A stretch of DNA of 35,827 bases from Octopus bimaculoides. Taxonomy: Eukaryota. Of this stretch, positions 33,898 to 35,827 are shown in pieces. The translations under genes and the position numbers were made by a program. Location of the stretch: positions 23,969,820-24,005,646 of the forward strand of contig NC_068995.1 in NCBI RefSeq assembly GCF_001194135.2. Reading direction: 5' to 3'. Within the stretch, counting starts at the first letter, position 1; each line of letters begins with the position of its first letter. Under the pieces are notes generated by a model. It was not told where the DNA came from, did no database searches, and saw only the letters and a program-made list of their open reading frames with translations.

Positions 33898-34708
33898 GCA
33901 GGAAAAGCAACTTCTAAATATATTAAAATACAAATATCCGCACACAAAGTGAAAGAAGCATATTTAAATGTACGCGTATATGTATGCATATACATACACA
34001 TATATGTATGCGAGCCTGTATTTGGGAGTTTATATTCTGAAGGGTTGCTAGTTTCTTCTATTGGATATAAAATCAAGAAGCATACAAATTGTAAGCAACT
34101 CAATTTTGTCCTTCCTTTTGTAGAGAAAATAAAGTCCAACCACGTTTCCTTTTATAATACAATTCCCAGTTTCTGAACAATTGTATGTTGGAAAATCATT
34201 CAGCGAAATTATTTGTAAGCATCCAGTGAAATAGCACTGCAGAGACAGATATGGTGAGATTATTCAACGAGATCTGGTTGCCATATTCTGCGGGGTTTCA
34301 TTATTCTTTAAATTCTTTTATTTTCCCAGTTTCTATTTAAGTTGATCTGATCTAACAATAGAGGCACGGCAATCTTTTACGTCCAATATGTAGCAATGAA
34401 TGCAAGAACGAAATAAGTTTAAGGAATATATAAATATGTGTGTGCGTGCATGTGCATATACATCCATATATACGCACACATACACACACACACATCTGTA
34501 CACTTTCTGTATAGTATCTCTATTTTATTACGAGGATTTTTTCGTATTCTAAATTTTTGTTTTTCGTTTCTAATCATGGGATATTTCTCAGCTATGTTTT
34601 GTAAATTTTATGTATTATGAATAATTTAATATTTAAGTTTTATTTTTTATATATTATACACAAACGCACGCAAACGCGCACACAGAGCGAGGGGTAGAGG
34701 TAGAAATA

Positions 34709-34787
<79 letters not shown>

Positions 34788-34870
34788 CATACATACATAC
34801 ATATATACATACATACATGCATACATACATACATACATACATACATACATACATACATACATACATACAT
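34709..34870. repeat. (GATA)n(CATA)n microsatellite
   Basis: Direct reading. Confidence 0.95.
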
Positions 34871-35291
34871 TGAAAGAAGTATCTCGGTATTATAAACTAC
34901 ATGTTATATTTGACACGATAGAATCGCGATTTAGTGCTTCACTGCAAACTGAACTTCCTATTAATCTTTGATTCAACAAAAATTTCCTGAATAGAGCAGA
35001 AGTACGACAATGAGAGAAAGAGAGAGAGCAAGATGTCACTTTTGTTCTGTGTCATTTTTTGTTTTACATTTAATTTATTTCACAAAGCAACTAATAGTAA
35101 ACTAACGAAAATATAAGCTAGTAATAAGATTTAAGTATAAGATTTAGTTTCTATTATTCTATGAAATATCGTGTTTAAGACAGCATTTTATGTAGAACAA
35201 TAGCAAAGGCTTTGTATATATAGCAATCCCTCGCCATATCGCGGGTTGTTTTGGAACGTAACACGCGTTATAGTGGAGGAATTACTGTTTA

Positions 35292-35304
35292 TACATACAT
35301 ACTT

Positions 35305-35335
<31 letters not shown>

Positions 35336-35372
35336 CACACATACACACACACATACATACACACACACACAT

Positions 35373-35407
<35 letters not shown>

Positions 35408-35480
35408 ATATATAAATATATGCATATATCCATACATATATGTACATACCTACATCTATATGTATACATACATGTATATA
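35292..35480. repeat. (CA)n/(TA)n mixed microsatellite
   Basis: Direct reading. Confidence 0.9.
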
Positions 35481-35609
35481 TGGGTACAGGACATCAAAAA
35501 AACGTTAAACACAATAAGCAACGAAAACATTAAAACGAAAACAAAATATATTTATGTATTATTTATATTATTATATGATCGAACGCCACACATCCTTTTC
35601 CAAGTAAGT

Positions 35610-35656
<47 letters not shown>

Positions 35657-35827
35657 ATCTCATACACACATGATTTTTCCCGTCTGGCCGTAAAGCCTTT
35701 TCTGTTTGTTTTCCTGTCTTGTTTTTTTTTCCGCCACTACATTCCTTCATGGCAAGGTTTAATTTGTGTATACAAATTTAATTTGCGGTCCATGGGAAGA
35801 GCCGTTTTAACGATGCGTCCTGCCCAG

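Noticed and set aside
34233-34292. Possible pre-miRNA hairpin (cagatatggt...gccatattctg)
   Set aside because: Pairing is too short and interrupted, and no known mature miRNA is recognisable
184-35693. Most ORFs in the six-frame track (poly-L/R/E/I/Y, CV/HT/YI/MYVC repeats, X-runs)
   Set aside because: They are translations of microsatellites or N gaps, with no domain content

Overview
AT-rich eukaryotic repeat-dominated DNA with 10 N-gaps and very dense di-, tri- and tetranucleotide microsatellites. The SINE families, R4/Dong and RTE LINEs and microsatellite load resemble an octopus genome (inference from pattern recognition, not a database hit). I cannot support any intact host gene; almost all listed ORFs are microsatellite or N-gap artefacts. 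The real coding signals are transposon relics: an R4/Dong-like RT LINE (~28.1-30.4 kb), several R4/Dong endonuclease 3' ends (0.4-2.5 kb), an RTE LINE C-terminus (4.2 kb), a decayed APE-RT LINE (7.2-9.3 kb) and two Tc1/mariner transposase C-termini (17.5 kb, 31.0 kb). At least three tRNA-derived SINE families occur in multiple copies. The most interesting signals are RNA-structural: a type I hammerhead ribozyme fold at 13207-13275 with a second degenerate hammerhead about 300 nt downstream, a partial HDV-like fold and long helix upstream of the RTE fragment, a 122-bp zero-loop palindrome, and nested inverted repeats carrying tRNA-like heads.
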